64,000 nucleotides of DNA from Amoebidium appalachense (lineage: Eukaryota; Protista; Ichthyosporea): assembly GCA_963693365.1 (NCBI GenBank), contig CAVNZM010000002.1, positions 13,487,615 through 13,551,614 on the forward strand, in the 5' to 3' direction. Numbering within the stretch: position 1 is the first letter of the stretch; every line of letters starts with the position of its first letter. This document shows positions 1-14,144 of the stretch, piece after piece. Below the pieces are notes generated by a model that was not told where the DNA came from, searched no databases, and worked only from the letters and a program-made list of their open reading frames with translations. The position numbers and the translations under genes are program-made.

Positions 1-516
1 AGGGGGGGGGGGGGGGGGGGGGGGGGGAGGGAGGCTGAGGAGGGGGAGGGGGGGAGACTCTTATTATGGGGATCATTGCATTTCATTGCTTCCTCCGGCC
101 AATCCGGCAACACGACTTGTGTGTGCCCTGTTGGAATATACAACACCAATATCACTATTATTATTAATATGTATATTCTACTAGTGCTAGTTCGTTGTCT
201 GTCTGCTTGTTTAGCGAGTGTGAATATGCGCTCCGCAATCCGATCTTGTGGTGAGCAGTTACGTAGGGGTTTACGCTGTTTACTCGAGGCAAAGAGAGAC
301 CAGTCTCAGGTATGGGGGGTTTTTGCTCGGAATATCCCCTCAGCGGTATATCATGATCACGTACATAGATGTCGGGTGATGACTATATATATCAGGGTTT
401 ACTTTCTCTACGAGACACCATAAAGACTAAGAGAAATCAATTAGTTGGGGTTCCCCGTTTTTTTTTTTTTTGTTTTTTTTGGGGGGGGGGGGCTCCCCTG
501 GGACACTCGGTATCAG

Positions 517-518
<2 letters not shown>

Positions 519-597
<79 letters not shown>

Positions 598-633
598 TCT
601 GTGTGTGTGTGTGTGTGCGCGCGCGCGCGTGCG
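519..633. repeat. (TG)n/(CG)n microsatellite directly abutting the 3' end of the LINE ORF
   Basis: Pure TG run followed by (CG)n, visible in sequence. Confidence 0.95.
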
Positions 634-634
634 C

Positions 635-1846
635 TTAGAATTTTGTAGTGATGTGTTTCTCAAGCCAATCTATACATCTAATAAACAGGTTGTAGTTACG
701 CGTGTTTAGTATAAAATCAAGGATGTTGTAATATACAGGTAGGCTATCTTTCTGGGTGTCTGTTGTGAATGTGACGTATATGTGTTGCGGTATTATGTGG
801 TCTATCAAACTACGTTTGGCGATACATGACCGTTTAAACTGGTGTGTGTGTGTGTTGTTTGGGCATGCAAACGATGCCACCTTATACTTATTAGATCTCC
901 ACTGTATGGCACGTGTACAGTAAAAGCGTGGTAATTGATCAATAATACCATCAGTTAGAGAAAGGCCAGTTCTACAGGAAGGTAATATGTATTTCAAGTG
1001 TTGTACATTTGCGAGTGCCATATTTGGCAAATGGTTGAGGCGGTCAGTATATATAAAACGAGACATAAGGTTTAGTTTTTCAAGGTGTCTGCTTTCATCC
1101 GGTCTAGTGTCGTGTGGTATCTTTTTCCATTTGTTATATTGCGTGATTATCTTGTGATTGTGTACATGTTTAATAAGTAAGTGGCAGTCCAAAGTCACAC
1201 ACACACTTTTGCGGGGTTTATTTGTATTTGTGCCCAGGGGAGAAGGGGGGAGAAAGGGAAGGAAAGAGGGGAGAGGTGAGGAGGGGACAGGTCGGATAGA
1301 GAAGAGAGGGTGGGAGGGCAAATACTTCTTTACGCGGCTTATGTGCTTATTGAATTTCAGCGCGAGATAGGATACTCTAGCAGCTATTGGGACCAGACCA
1401 TATATCGAGAGCGTTACAGGCCCAGGTTTACAACAGTTGTTAGATAGAAAGGAAGCAACTTCTGCTTCAAGGAAATTTGCCAAGGGTTTAAGCGCTCTAG
1501 TTCTCTCTTTCTTGATCCAAGCGGCGAGAAGGGGTGAACCATATTCACATGCCGGGAACACATAAGTGCGAATAAATGTAAGTCTAATAGAAGGATGGAG
1601 GGGTGTGTCTTTAAAAAGTTAGCCGAGAAGAAAGCTAACCGCTTACGAGCCAACTCTACCCTCTTTTCGACCATATGGGAAAACATAACACCAGCAGAAT
1701 TAACCGGAACACCAAGATATTTGTATTCTGGAACTATAGGTACAGGTTTAGATGATAATGTAAATGTGTGTAAATTGTTAGCTATATCAGGTACAAGAAC
1801 ACCACATTTGTCTATGTTAAGGATTACAAGGTTTGCCTTGCACCAC
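635..1846 (-). mobile_element. Degenerate, 5'-truncated non-LTR retrotransposon (LINE): C-terminal part of reverse transcriptase
   Basis: Minus strand reads WCKANLVILNIDKC...VPEYKYLGVPV (late LINE RT motifs). After a frameshift near 1575 it continues TFIRTYVFPACEYGSPLL (thumb-type EY motif) to a Cys/His C-terminus. AT-rich relative to neighbours. Confidence 0.8.
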
Positions 1847-1849
1847 TAC

Positions 1850-2275
1850 AGTTACGTAATAGCTGGATGGCTCACTGCCGTTTGATTGGTTCGGAGCGCA
1901 CCGCCTGCAGTCCTGTCTGGATGGGACTAGGGCTCGGTTAGCTGTGTGCTCAACCCGATATATTTTCCCGAGAGCACAATTGGTTGTCACAACCGTGTTG
2001 TGCTCCCCCGCGGAGTATATAAACCCTGCCACAAATCCATAATAAACCGGGAGTTATATTGATGACTGACTGTTACACAGACTCTCCAGCACCGTGTGAA
2101 CACTTGTGTGATACTTAGGTGATAGTGCATGCAGCCCGATTAAGTGAACACTTAGTAACGGTATATTGCACCCATATAGAGACTGATCACCTCCGTGTGT
2201 GTGTGTGCAACGACTATACACTCTACTTGTGTTAAGTGCAGATTCTGCTACGTGTGGGAAGGTAGTTTTCTCTCA
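1850..2275 (+). repeat. Probable 5' LTR of the copia element
   Basis: TATATAAA at ~2016 and AATAAA at 2041. Ends in CA followed by GGTTTTGTGCC, resembling the copia half-tRNAiMet PBS (GGTTATGxGCCC). gag ATG at 2313. No second LTR in window, so the 5' boundary is approximate. Confidence 0.55.
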
Positions 2276-2312
2276 GGTTTTGTGCCTTCGCAACGCTCCC
2301 GCTGCTTCGAAA

Positions 2313-4625
2313 ATGGCACCAAGGTCGAATGATAGGCCTAGACTGACCGGTAGCATTGACTGGGTGGCGTTTTAGCCGTTGTGGCTAGCTTGCGCTGAGT
2401 CCAAGGCCGGGTTTGCCGACTGTTACTTGGCACCCCCTCCCACCCAGGTGCGCAGGAAGTGCCGTTCATCTCGGGTCCCTGCGCCAGCTGGCAACGTGTC
2501 TGCCAGTCCCAAGGCTGTTGTGGAGGCCACGCCCCTGCGCGGCGGCCAGCAACAACATGTTGACCGTGATTCCGGCATCCCTGATGACGGCCCTAGTGTC
2601 CACACCGGCCCCTCCCGTGTTGAGGAGGATACCCGTGCGGCGCCCCGCCCTGCCCTGCGCCAGCTCCAGTACAGCTCGGACTCTGAGGCCAATGATAACA
2701 GCGATGGTGAGCGTGCCAGCATGAGTGCGTCGCGCGCCCGGCGCCTCGAAGGCAAAGCCAAGTACGAACTGATGGCTGCTGTTGATGACACCCTCCGCCC
2801 CCAGATTCAGTACTGTGCGTCTGCCTGTGCCATGTGGACCGCGCTCAAGACCACCTACAGTGTGCTGACCCCTGATGTTCGTGCTATGCTGCACAACAGG
2901 TGGGCCTCTGGCTGCATGCCGAGCCCAAGGACACCATTGCAGCGGTCTTTGCCAAGGTGTTCAACCTACAGCATCAGCTGACGGCAGCCGGCATCCCCGA
3001 GTCGGAGGAGCAAGTGCGGCTGAAGATTTTGGACATGATCCCTAACCGTCTGCGCACTGCCAAGGAGGTGCTGAGCATGGAGCGTGTGCCCCGGTCACTC
3101 GATGAGATGAAGCACATGCTGCTGACCCAGGAGATCAATCTGCAACGGCAAGGTGTGCAGCCCAGGCAGCCGCCTTCGCGCCGTGACCCGCCTACCGCCG
3201 CTGCGTTGGCTGCTGCTGCCACCACTCCGGCCAAGGATGATCCAAGCAAGCGTGGCGGCCGCGGCGGCCGTGGCGGATAAAGGCGCCAACGGCGGCTGGC
3301 GTGGCGCAGGCAACCCGGGTGCTGCTCTGGACCGTGCCTACTGCATGAAGAACGGTCTCTGCTTCAAGTGCAAGAAGCCTGGCCACCAGCAGACTTAGTG
3401 CCCGACCATGCTGGTGACAATGCGTGCGAACCTGGCAGCTGCGGAGGCCCTTGCTGGCGACATTGGTGACGCTTTTGGCATGGTGGCTTCGGCCTACATG
3501 TGCACAGCGGGCGGCCCGCCTGCCGTTGGGCTGGACGACAAGTGGACCTGGGATGGCGCAGCCTCCCACCACATGACGTGCCACAAAGATGACTTCACCA
3601 CCCTTGTGCCCCTCAACCCTGCAGAGGAACCGTGAAAGTAGGTGGTGGCACCGTGCCTGCGGAGGGCCGTGGCACTGTGCAGGTGACTGCATGGCACAGG
3701 GGTGTGGCTGCGCGCATCACGCTGGATGCCCTGTACGTGCCTGCACTGGGTGCGCGCCTGTTTTCGGCACCCACTGCTGCACAGGCTAGGTGCAGCTCGT
3801 TGGTGGCAGCTGACCGTGTAACCGTCTTCAAGACTGACGGCCGTGTCTACTTTGAGTGTGCCCGCGACCCTGCGGCCAACCGGCCTCTACATGTGCCCCT
3901 TCACAGCACGTGGCAAGGAGCTGCCCATAGATGCCCGGGCCCTGATGGCCACATTGGAGGGTGCTACCCCATGTGTGCTGGCCGAGGGCACCACCATGGT
4001 GTGCAAGGTCGTCACCCCACCACCTGGCTTTGAGGTGGGTACAGCTGCACCGGCGCCTGCACCCTCCGCCCCTGTCCATGGTGTTTGGACCCCCCCCACC
4101 CACCCCACCAAGGACCCCCCCTGTTGACGAATTTGCCGACTTACCGGATCTGGGGGTCTCTGATGACGAATTTTCCGTGGGTGAGGAGGAGGCATCCGAT
4201 GGGGAGGAGGCCGGGGCCCGGGAGCAGGAGGAGTGCAGGCCCCTGGCTGCTGTGCGCGCACCGGTGACAACACCACTGCGTGGCCCAGTGGCACCTGCTG
4301 CAGCAGGCACCGTGCCTGCACCAGCACCTGCCCCAGCCACCGATGCCTGCACCTTGCCCGAGGCTGCCCCTACCCCCAGTGCTACCCCTGCTGACCCCAC
4401 CACGGAGCCAGCAGTGCAGCACCCGTGGAGCCCCTTCAAGAATGCGGCCAAGGCCAGCTACGAGACCTGGCACCAGCGCTATGGCCACATCGGCAAGACT
4501 GGCCTGCTGCAGCTGGCGCGCAGCGGCATGGTTAAGGGTCTGGAGCTCACCACCAGCCCCTCTGCCACCCCTGCCGTGTGTGATGGGTGTGCCATCGGCA
4601 AGGCCAAGCAGCACCCCTTCCCTAT

Positions 4626-4626
<1 letters not shown>
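2313..4626 (+). mobile_element. Truncated, pseudogenised Ty1/copia gag-protease-GAG-pre-integrase
   Basis: gag MAPRSNDRPRLTGSIDW... with in-frame stop. Zinc knuckle CFKCKKPGHQQT*C (~3360-3402). Protease WTWDGAASHHMT, then LYVPALGARLFS, then HHCC WHQRYGHIG...CDGCAIGKAKQHPF. Several frameshifts; breaks off at a (CA)n tract before the integrase core. Confidence 0.93.
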
Positions 4627-4686
<60 letters not shown>

Positions 4687-6369
4687 ATGGCACACACACA
4701 TACACACGTACACACTGCACATGGACCTACCACCCACACGCCCACAGGTCACACAGACGCACATACAGACACACATACACACACGCGCGCTAAAGTGCAC
4801 ACACATACAGTATACATGCGCGTGTGGGCGGGTGCATGCACACACAGCCGAATGATTATGTTTCTGATCATGAGAGGCTGAGTTACATGTTTAAACCTTA
4901 AGTTATTATACGCAGCATACTATTAGGGCCTGGCAACCTTCTTCATTTTTATTACCGTAAGGATGTGTACGGTTTCAGCTGTGCAGCAGAAAGGATAAGA
5001 ACTGTACAAGAACGAGTAGTGTTGCATGAACGGCACCGGGGACAATCATAACCCCCGTATGGTGGCAGCCCTGGGCAGGTGGGCTGTCCACGCGAGAAGA
5101 AAGGGGGGGGGGGGCATGGGGGGGGGGATGCTGTGATTGACATAGGCCTGGCCGTCCGATCACGGTCTGTAGTACCTGGTGTCCATTAATCGTGCATGTC
5201 AAGGCCTCGGTACACAGGTTTTTTTTATTAATACAATCACGATTGAACAGTCACGCTTAAAGTTTTAATAAACTACAACACTATATAAATATAGCTCCGT
5301 GGAGAAACCAATTAATTAGGAAATTTTATTCATGAGGATATGAGCAGATAATACTAAGTTAACTTGTCTTTCAATCTATGTAAAGTTCAATCTACGTAAA
5401 CATACAAGTGCCTTCGCTGTGCTTACATAACATATTCCATCTTGCACATTATGACCGTCGTGTGTGTGTGTGTGTGTGCGTGCGCGCGCGTGCGCGCATG
5501 TGTGTGTGTGTGCGTGCGTGCGCGCGCACTCGCAAGCACGAGCGTGTCTCGCGCGAGCGTGCGTACGTGCGTGCATGCGTGCATGCCTACACTGCGTGCC
5601 TGGCTGCATGTGTGTGCGAGCTTGCGAGTGTGGTGTGAGTGTTTGTGTTCGTGGCAGCTGGGTTGCCCATGTATGCAACTGCGTACACGCCTGCTTGCAT
5701 ATGCATGCACACGTGTGCGTGTGCCCTTCTGCCTGCTCACAGTCTTGTGTTTGCATATATGTCAACGTGACGGCTGAAGGCACGTCACTTCTTTGCCAGT
5801 TACGAAAAAACAGTCACCATCATCAATTAAACATTTTTTCGTGCAAGCATATGTGCAAGCATATGTGCATGTTCAAGGGTGTTTCTGGCTGCCGTGCACA
5901 AAATGGTTGAATTTTATGGCTCACTTTCATGCAAGACACCATACATGCTAATGCTGTCCGTATGCGTCATTTGCATCCCGGGCAAACATCCACATGTGCT
6001 TTACGTGCAACTTCACTCGCCGGCAGGCAGCCTCCCGCCCATCCCTCTGAACGTGTGGTCCGTCACAAGGCACCTCATCACGTGATTCGAGCAGAAACAT
6101 TCAACGCCGCCCTGCCATGCCTCCCGTCCAATCAAAATTCAGAAGCGGTGGCCATTTTCATTGGTCAGCGGCGCCATCCAGCATATCCTGTGGCAGTTTA
6201 ATGTCGAAGTCAGTTCCATGCCTGCCCCCCCCCCCCCCCCTCCCCCTTCCCCTCTCCCCTCCTTTCCCCTTCGCCTTCAGGTACCAAAACGTCAAAGTTA
6301 TGTCCCAGCTAACCTTAACCAGCCCCCCCCCCTCCCCCCCCCCCTCCCCTCCCCTCCCCCCCCTCCCTC

Positions 6370-6431
<62 letters not shown>

Positions 6432-6713
6432 ACACACACCACTGCCCAAACAAAAAAAAACAAAAAAAAACAAAACAAAAAAAAAGCCGTGCTCTACCCT
6501 CTTGAAATCATACATGCAAGAACGCGCATGAGGTGTGAATGTGCACTGGGTCTGGATGGTCGACCTTGCCGTCTGTGCACACCAGCAAGTGGCTGGTTAA
6601 GGCCAACTGGTATTAGGGAGACTTCTTGTGCAAGTTGTCTATAATCTACATTTTAAAAAGTACGTTCCGTGCATTACATTAAAGGACAGCGAACCAATGT
6701 ATCTCGAGGGCAG

Positions 6714-6748
<35 letters not shown>

Positions 6749-6760
6749 AGAAGGCAATAC

Positions 6761-7100
6761 CAGCATGGCAGTGGCTGTCAATCGTTCGGAAGGGTTACGG
6801 GCAAGCAGGCCCGCCAGCAAGGATGCAAGGGTGGGGTCGGCCTGTGGGGGGGCTCAATGTGCCTGTGGAACAAACTCTTAGTAGGGGGGCTCAAAGTGCC
6901 TGTGGGGATGGGTTATTATGACTGTTTTTTTTGTTTTTTTCCCCCTCTTTCTGGAGGATGGTTGGGGGGGGGGGGGGGGGGGGGGGGGTCACTATGCCTG
7001 TATTGTAGCTGTTTTGTTTTTTTTTGTTTGTTTGTTTTTTTTTTTTTGGGGGGGGGGGGGGGGGGGAGGGGGGAGGGGGGCTCGACAGCCCGTGCAGAGC

Positions 7101-7168
<68 letters not shown>

Positions 7169-8315
7169 CTGTGTGTGTGTGTGCGCGCGCGCCCGCGCGT
7201 GTGCGCGTGCACATGTGTACGTGTATGTGCTTGTGTGTACTTTTGCCTGTACTGGGGGAGGGTGGGGGGGGGGGGGGGGGGGGGGAGGGGGGGGATTGGC
7301 CTCACGCACGTTGTGTCCATAATCTCGTCAAACAGGTCCAGAGGGTTCCGTGTCTTGTAGGGCAGGCTGCCGGCCAGAAAACAGGACAAGGTGATGCCTG
7401 CGTCACGTGATCAGATGGAGGAAACAAGATTAAGTGCTTCAATATGGTTGAGCAGAGAAGCAAACACGCAAAACCGTATGCATGGTCACAGGGAGAGAGG
7501 GAAAGTGTGGTTATATGCGGGTGTGTGCAGGAATGGGCGAATGGGAGGGGATTGGTTTTTTTTTTTTTGGTTTTTTTTTTTTTTTTTGGGGGGGGGGGGG
7601 ATGGAAGCGGGGAGAGAAGGGCGGGAGGGACGGGCGATGGTGGCGGGGGAAGGGGGAGGGGGGGGAGGGGGGGGGAAGGAGAGTGTGTGTGTGTGGAAGA
7701 GTGGGGAGAGAACCGGGGGAGGAAGAGGGGGGAGAGGAGGGAGGGAGGGAAGGGGGGAGGGGGACAGCGAGGGGGGGGGGGGGGGGGAAGGGGGGGAGAC
7801 TGGGGGGGTGCACATGGGCAGTTAAGCGTATGTGCACAAATGCACGGCTTGTGCCTAGCCACTGTTCCAAAAAACCGATTTGCACCAATAAAAAGTGATG
7901 GAAAAGAACCAGTGTTCTCAAAACAAACAAGTTTTAATACCCCCCCCCCCCCCCCCCCCCTCCCTCCCTTCCCCCGGTGGGGCGCCGGTGTTACAATACT
8001 AAACACTCCCCTCACTTTCACTATCCCTCCCCCTCCTCCCTCCCTCTCTCTTACTCCTTCCTCCCTCCTTTCTCTTACTCTCTCCCCCCACCCCTCTCTC
8101 ACCCCCTCCCTCCTCTGTGTGTCATCTACCCCCGCCCCCCTCCCCCCCTTCCTTCTTTTCCCCTTATTGTCACACACACACACAAAACATACATACCCCC
8201 CTCCATATACTTGCACAAACCCTACCTCTCCCCGCCATCACCCATCACTACCACCCACCCACCCACCCACCCACCCACCTACCCACCCACCCACCCACCC
8301 ACCCACCCACCCACC

Positions 8316-8376
<61 letters not shown>

Positions 8377-9605
8377 ACCCACCCACCCACCCACCCACAC
8401 ACACACACACACCTGCAGCCCACATGTCCACTGGTGGGCCCTCAAACTCCAACTCATCGTACGTGCATGCCTCTGGCGCCCAGAACGCAAGTGTGCCTGC
8501 CTGCTTGCTGAGTTTCTGGTGTGTACTCTCCAATCTCTGGCTCACCTGCAAAGATGAGCAGGGGAAGGGGGTGGGGTGAGGTGTGTGTGTGTGTCGGGGG
8601 GGGGGGGGGGGTTGTGGTGGTGGTGGTGGGGGGAGGGGGGAAGAAGGGGTGGGGTGGGATAGGGTGAGGGGGAAAGGGGGGGGGGGGGGGGGGGGGGGGG
8701 GGAGGTGTAAGAAGTTAGACTTGGACATGCATTTATGCCCCCCCCCCCAAAAAAAAAGAAAAGGAAGGAAGAAAGGAAGAAAAAGAAAAGAAACAAAAAA
8801 TAGCATTGCACATGCACACCAACACAGAAAAAAACACCCTCCGTTGCAGGCAATTGAGTTGGCAACCAGTGGATGGGCAGCAGGCCGGGGGCAGGGATGG
8901 GGGGGACCACCACACTGTGCACTAGAAATGAGCTGAATTGGTCTGCACAAAACAAATACCGACAGTTCTCATTATAAATTAATGCACTCACATCATAGCC
9001 CCCCCCCCCCCCCCCTCCCCCCCCCCCCCTTCTTTTCTATTGATCAAAAAAAAAAAGGAGAACAAGGGGGAGGGGGGGGGGGGAAAGAAAGAAAGAAACA
9101 CGAAAGGAATTAACAACGTACCTTGTGCAGGCTAGAGGAGAGACAAAAAAAAAAAAAAAAAAAAATCAGAAGAAGAAAAAGAAAGAAATTTTAAAGACAT
9201 CGGGCATGCCATCACCAACACATCATCCAAACACATACTACACTTTACTCGCATTCATTCTGTAGTTCATCTCTGCATCTCCTTCGCCCCATAAGAAGCT
9301 ACATGTCTTCAAGCCCACTTAGTCGTATCAATACTGCCCTGTCTGTGTTTCTGGGGCAAGTATGTAATTGTTGTGTGGTTGTGTGTGTGTGTATGTGTGT
9401 GTGTGTGTGTGTGTGCGTGCATGCGTGCGTGCGTGTGTGGGTGGGACTGGGAAAGCAGTAGACCTACTCCGAAATCTGTGATCTTCAATCGACCCCCCTT
9501 GACCATCAGATTTTCTGGTTTTATGTCACGATGCACCACCAGCCGATCGTGCACTGAATGTGCCCCAAGGTCAGGACAGCTTAATACTTTGAGAGGAAAA
9601 TCAAC

Positions 9606-9636
<31 letters not shown>

Positions 9637-9672
9637 AAAAAAGAAAAGAAAAAGAAAAAAAGAAAGAGAGAG

Positions 9673-9706
<34 letters not shown>

Positions 9707-9739
9707 GGAGAAGAGAAAGAAAGAAAGAAAAGAAAAAAG

Positions 9740-9775
<36 letters not shown>

Positions 9776-10256
9776 ACATAATCACACACACACACACACA
9801 GCCACAGCCATTATTCCCCCCCCCCCCCCCCCCCCCCCCCCCCTTCCCCCCCCCACGTATATCGGCCCCTAACCTAGAACACGAATTCAAAATCCCATAA
9901 GGTTAAGGTCATGACTTCAGGCTCCTTGTAGGGGTGGGCTTGCCCAGATTACATAGCGTGTGCGTGTTTGCAAGCCATGCAGGGTGTTGGAGGTGTATAC
10001 TTGGTTATCAATCATTTTTGTTGGTGTTCTGCTAGATGAGACTAAATACTACCCCCCCCCCCCCCCCCCCGGTGCCTATCAACCACCACCACCACCAGGC
10101 AACACATTTAAAAATGAAAACAACGAGTGGGGTAAATATCGCAACGAATCAATGACACGTGAACGCAAGCAACAGTGGATGAGCATAATGGAAGAGAGGG
10201 TCGTTGTGTGTATGTGTTAGACCGGGGGGAGGGAGGGGGAGAGAGGAGGGGAGGGG

Positions 10257-10294
<38 letters not shown>

Positions 10295-10430
10295 GGTAGG
10301 GGTAGAGGGAGGGTGGGGTGGGGTTGTGGGGGGGGTATATGCAGTAGAGGTTGGCAACCACGAAAGCAAATACAACGAAAAACCACAATGATGACAACCA
10401 AAAGACGAAATAAAGAGGAGAAGGTTTTTT

Positions 10431-10518
<88 letters not shown>

Positions 10519-11231
10519 GGGGGGGGGGGGGGGGGGGGGGGAGGGGGGAGGGGTATAGCACAAAAAATGTGCTAAACCACAAATATGACAACACAAGAGG
10601 TGAAATAAGCCCGGGGGGGGGGGGGGGGAGAAGGGGGGGGGGGGGGGGGGGAGGGGGTGGGGAGGTGGGGGGAGGGGTGGATTTAGCACATACAGTAAGA
10701 CAGGCCAGCAGCCATATCACGTGCATATGTGTGCACCACATCAGCAGGCAGGCCGGGAACGGGGGCCTTGGGGTCTAGCCGTAGGGAGATACCATCTGCA
10801 AGCTCGAACACTGCATAACATGGCATATGGAATGAGGGCTTCAACCACAATACCACAACACAAACCCACAAAAATTACTTATTTTGACCCTCTCCCCTTC
10901 CCTCCCCTCTCCCCTGCTTCTTCCGTGCCTCATACACAGACACACTGACGTACGGACGCTCGCAGGCACACACATCTCACAGACACACACACTTTTCAGG
11001 CGGGAAAAAAAGGAAGAAGAAGGAGAAGAGAACAAAAAAGAAAGAAAAAAGGATTCACCCCGCCTGCAACCTTACGAGACGTTCAATCACAACTTGTGTC
11101 TAGTCAGATCCTAACAGATCAATCCCACTTTCCCCCAAATCTTGCCTTGCTTTCCAAAAAAACAGATCATTGTGCCCGTGTTTGACCATTGCATATTCCT
11201 GCATGTGTTATCCTGGTGTGTGTGTGTGTGC

Positions 11232-11280
<49 letters not shown>

Positions 11281-12634
11281 ATTGCGCCTGCATGTGTGGG
11301 GTACTACTTGTATGAGTACGGGTTCTTTTCTTTTATTTCTTTCTTTCTTTTTTTTTTTTTTTTTTTTGTTTGCTCTGTTTCCTCACCCAACCCTCCATCC
11401 ACCCAACTAGCTACCAGTGGCCTTTTTTTGTTTTACCTAACCCGAGTCACCTCCTGCCCTTCCCCCTCACCATTATAACACACCCCGGGCACACCCAGAT
11501 CACACAGAGACACATGCACACATACACACAAGCATACGGACACTCGAGCACACGGGCGCACACACATCCACACCACCTTACCCCCCCTCCCCCCAACACA
11601 CACACACACAAACGCACACACAAACACACACACACACGTACCCAGAAACACCGTGTCCCCACCGTGCTGGTCCCATATCATCAGAAGCTTTATGATGTTT
11701 GGGTGGTCCAAAGTACGGTGTATGGCCATCTGGTTACTGAAGTCAGACAACGGAGCCGGTTTCCAGGCCAGGTCGATGCCCAACCAACCCTCCCCCTCCC
11801 CCTCCCCTCCCCACTCCCACCCTCCTCCTCCTCTCTCCCCCTTCCCCCCCCCCCCCCCCCCCAAAACACACACACCAACACCACCACCACAACGCACACA
11901 CCACCACTACCACCACCATCGACCGGAGCACACTTATTGTATACACATGACCACCACCCACCCCTGGCCTCTTTATGACCTTCCCCCTCCCCCTCCCCCC
12001 CTCCCCCCCTTCAGTCCCCGCCCCCTCCTTTTCATGCCTGCCTCCCTCGGCACCTCTCCCCCTCCCCCTCCCCACTCCGCTTCCCCCCCCCTAAAAAAGG
12101 AGAGGGAAAAAAAAAAAAAAAAAAAAAAAAAACTTCCATCCCCTCAACCTCTCCATCCCCCCCCCCCCCCCCCTCCCCCCCCCTCCCCTTCCGACCACCA
12201 CCATCACTAGCAGCAGCAGAAGCTACAGAAAGCACATTGCTACCAAACCCACACCAGTTCCTCTACAGGTATAAACAGGCATGCCTACTTTCCCCATCCA
12301 CGCTCCTCTCGTTTCCTCACACTGTATAAAGAATCACACAAATAGTGACTCAAACACCTAACCGCCACCCTGTTGGGACAAAACACTTCCCAGTTCTCCT
12401 GTGCACTTATTGCATACCCAACACCCACTAGCTCCGCTCTCTAACCCCCATCTTCCCCCCCTCTTTCCCCCACCCCTATTCCTCTTTCCCTCGGTCACTC
12501 ACACACCCGCACACACACTCTCTGCTAATGACCCCCCCCCCCCCTTCCCCTCGACCCCCCCCCCCCCCCCCCCCTTCCACCCATACACACTTACACATCT
12601 CCGTACCCCTTGTCCCCAACCACCACCAGTCGCC

Positions 12635-12671
<37 letters not shown>

Positions 12672-12681
12672 TTCACCCCCG

Positions 12682-12729
<48 letters not shown>

Positions 12730-13786
12730 ACACACAGACACAGCACCACTCACCTCTCTCTCCAGACTCTCCAACCCCGTGCGCTGTGGCCTCAAGCTTC
12801 CCTGGCCATAACTCACATTCCCTACCCAGCGCCTTTCTACTCATCTCCTTCACCGCCACCACCACCCCATCCTTCTCAGCTCTCAGCACGGTGCCATATG
12901 ACCCCCTGCCTATGGTGTCTACTATGTGGTAACCGTTGACTGTCCGTATGGGCCCCGTCGCACCTTCCTCAACAACATCGGTGACCTGTGGTCAAAGACC
13001 AATCGTGGAATTTACTGGCAAACTCTCATGACATACAACTACCCCAATAAATCCTAAGAAGTCTCTCTTATCAAAGCCAGCGGGAGAGGGGGGGGGGGGG
13101 GGGGGGGGGGCAACCAAAAAAAAAAAGGAGGAAAAAGGAAAGAAAAAACCTGCTCCACAGCCTCCACGTGATCCTTACGCTTCGGTGTGGTCAGTCTGAC
13201 TCACACCAATTATGTAGGCAGAACCCATGGCACTCACTCTCCATCTCCCCCCTTCTCCCTCCCCCTCTGCCCCTCACTCCCTCCCCCCTCTAACCCTACA
13301 CCCCCCCTCACTCTCCGAATCCCCTTCCATGTCTCCCTCTCCCTCTCCCTCTTCGACTCCATCCCATCTCCCACACTCTCCCTCTCCAACGTCCCTCCCC
13401 TTTTCTCTATTCGTCTTCCTTTCCGTCCTCTTCTCTCCTTCTCTCTCTCTTAATCAGTCGCTTGGCTCACACGGGCCGTGTTCAATACTCTTTAGTGTGC
13501 CTACCTCCGTCCTTCTCTGCCCATATTAGCCCCCCCCCCCCCCCCCCCCCCCCCCCCCGTCCCCCCCCCCCACCCCACCCCTCCCCTCCCTACCCCCCTC
13601 CTTTCCTCCGCAGGCTTCCCCCCCCTACATACATATTTAAACGCGCGCACACACACATAAACACACACATACGCACACACACACACACACGCATGCACAC
13701 GCACACACATCCGCACATACTCACACACATACCTCTGTGACTACAGGAGCCTCGTACGAATTCCCTACAGCACCTGCTTCCTCCAT
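6761..13786 (-). CDS. Multi-exon Ser/Thr protein kinase, CaMKK/SAK1/GRIK-like (last exon not resolved)
   Basis: Exons: 13786-13733 (MEEAG...); 12985-12817 ([15 protein letters not shown]); ~11780-11641 (LDHPNIIKL); ~10811-10694 (VFELADG...DMAAGLSY); ~9554-9468 ([14 protein letters not shown]); ~8545-8413 ([15 protein letters not shown]); ~7397-7310 ([13 protein letters not shown]); ~6860-6761 ([11 protein letters not shown]). Most have clear GT-AG ends. Confidence 0.9.
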
Positions 13787-14144
13787 CTTGCACATCCCAC
13801 CTTGACTCTTGACTATTATCAATTGAACAATTGAGATTCGTCGCTGGCGCCAGATGTGGGGAATAAAAAGAATCCCTTTGCTCCCTAGTGTTTTGGACAT
13901 GTTTCGTTTGTGTGTGATGTTCAGCCTTACGTAATCATGGCTCACCTCAAATAGTCTAAATTTTGTAGACTTTGAAAGCGTGTTATTAGATTAGTAGAAG
14001 GACCCATGCAGCTGAAGTGACGCATTCTTAGTCCGTACTATCTCTCCTTGCAAGGGCCCATCCTTACCGACCTTAGGCTACACAAACCTCTATATACAGA
14101 CAGAACAGTTTGAAGCCTCACGTGTGCAGGCAACCACCTTCATC
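13787..14144. promoter_or_regulatory. Candidate bidirectional promoter between kinase and TMEM160
   Basis: Divergent start codons ~360 bp apart, separated by repeat-free sequence. Confidence 0.5.

Noticed and set aside
76-423. 115-aa ORF with a CVCPVG motif
   Set aside because: Non-ATG start, no sustained domain pattern, no convincing splice context.
4953-5210. Possible MITE with TACCG...CGGTA ends
   Set aside because: Inverted match too short and degenerate.
5376-13700. Numerous long ORFs of HT/CV/poly-P/poly-G in the ORF track (also throughout the window)
   Set aside because: Translations of microsatellites and homopolymers in introns or intergenic DNA; no coding signal.
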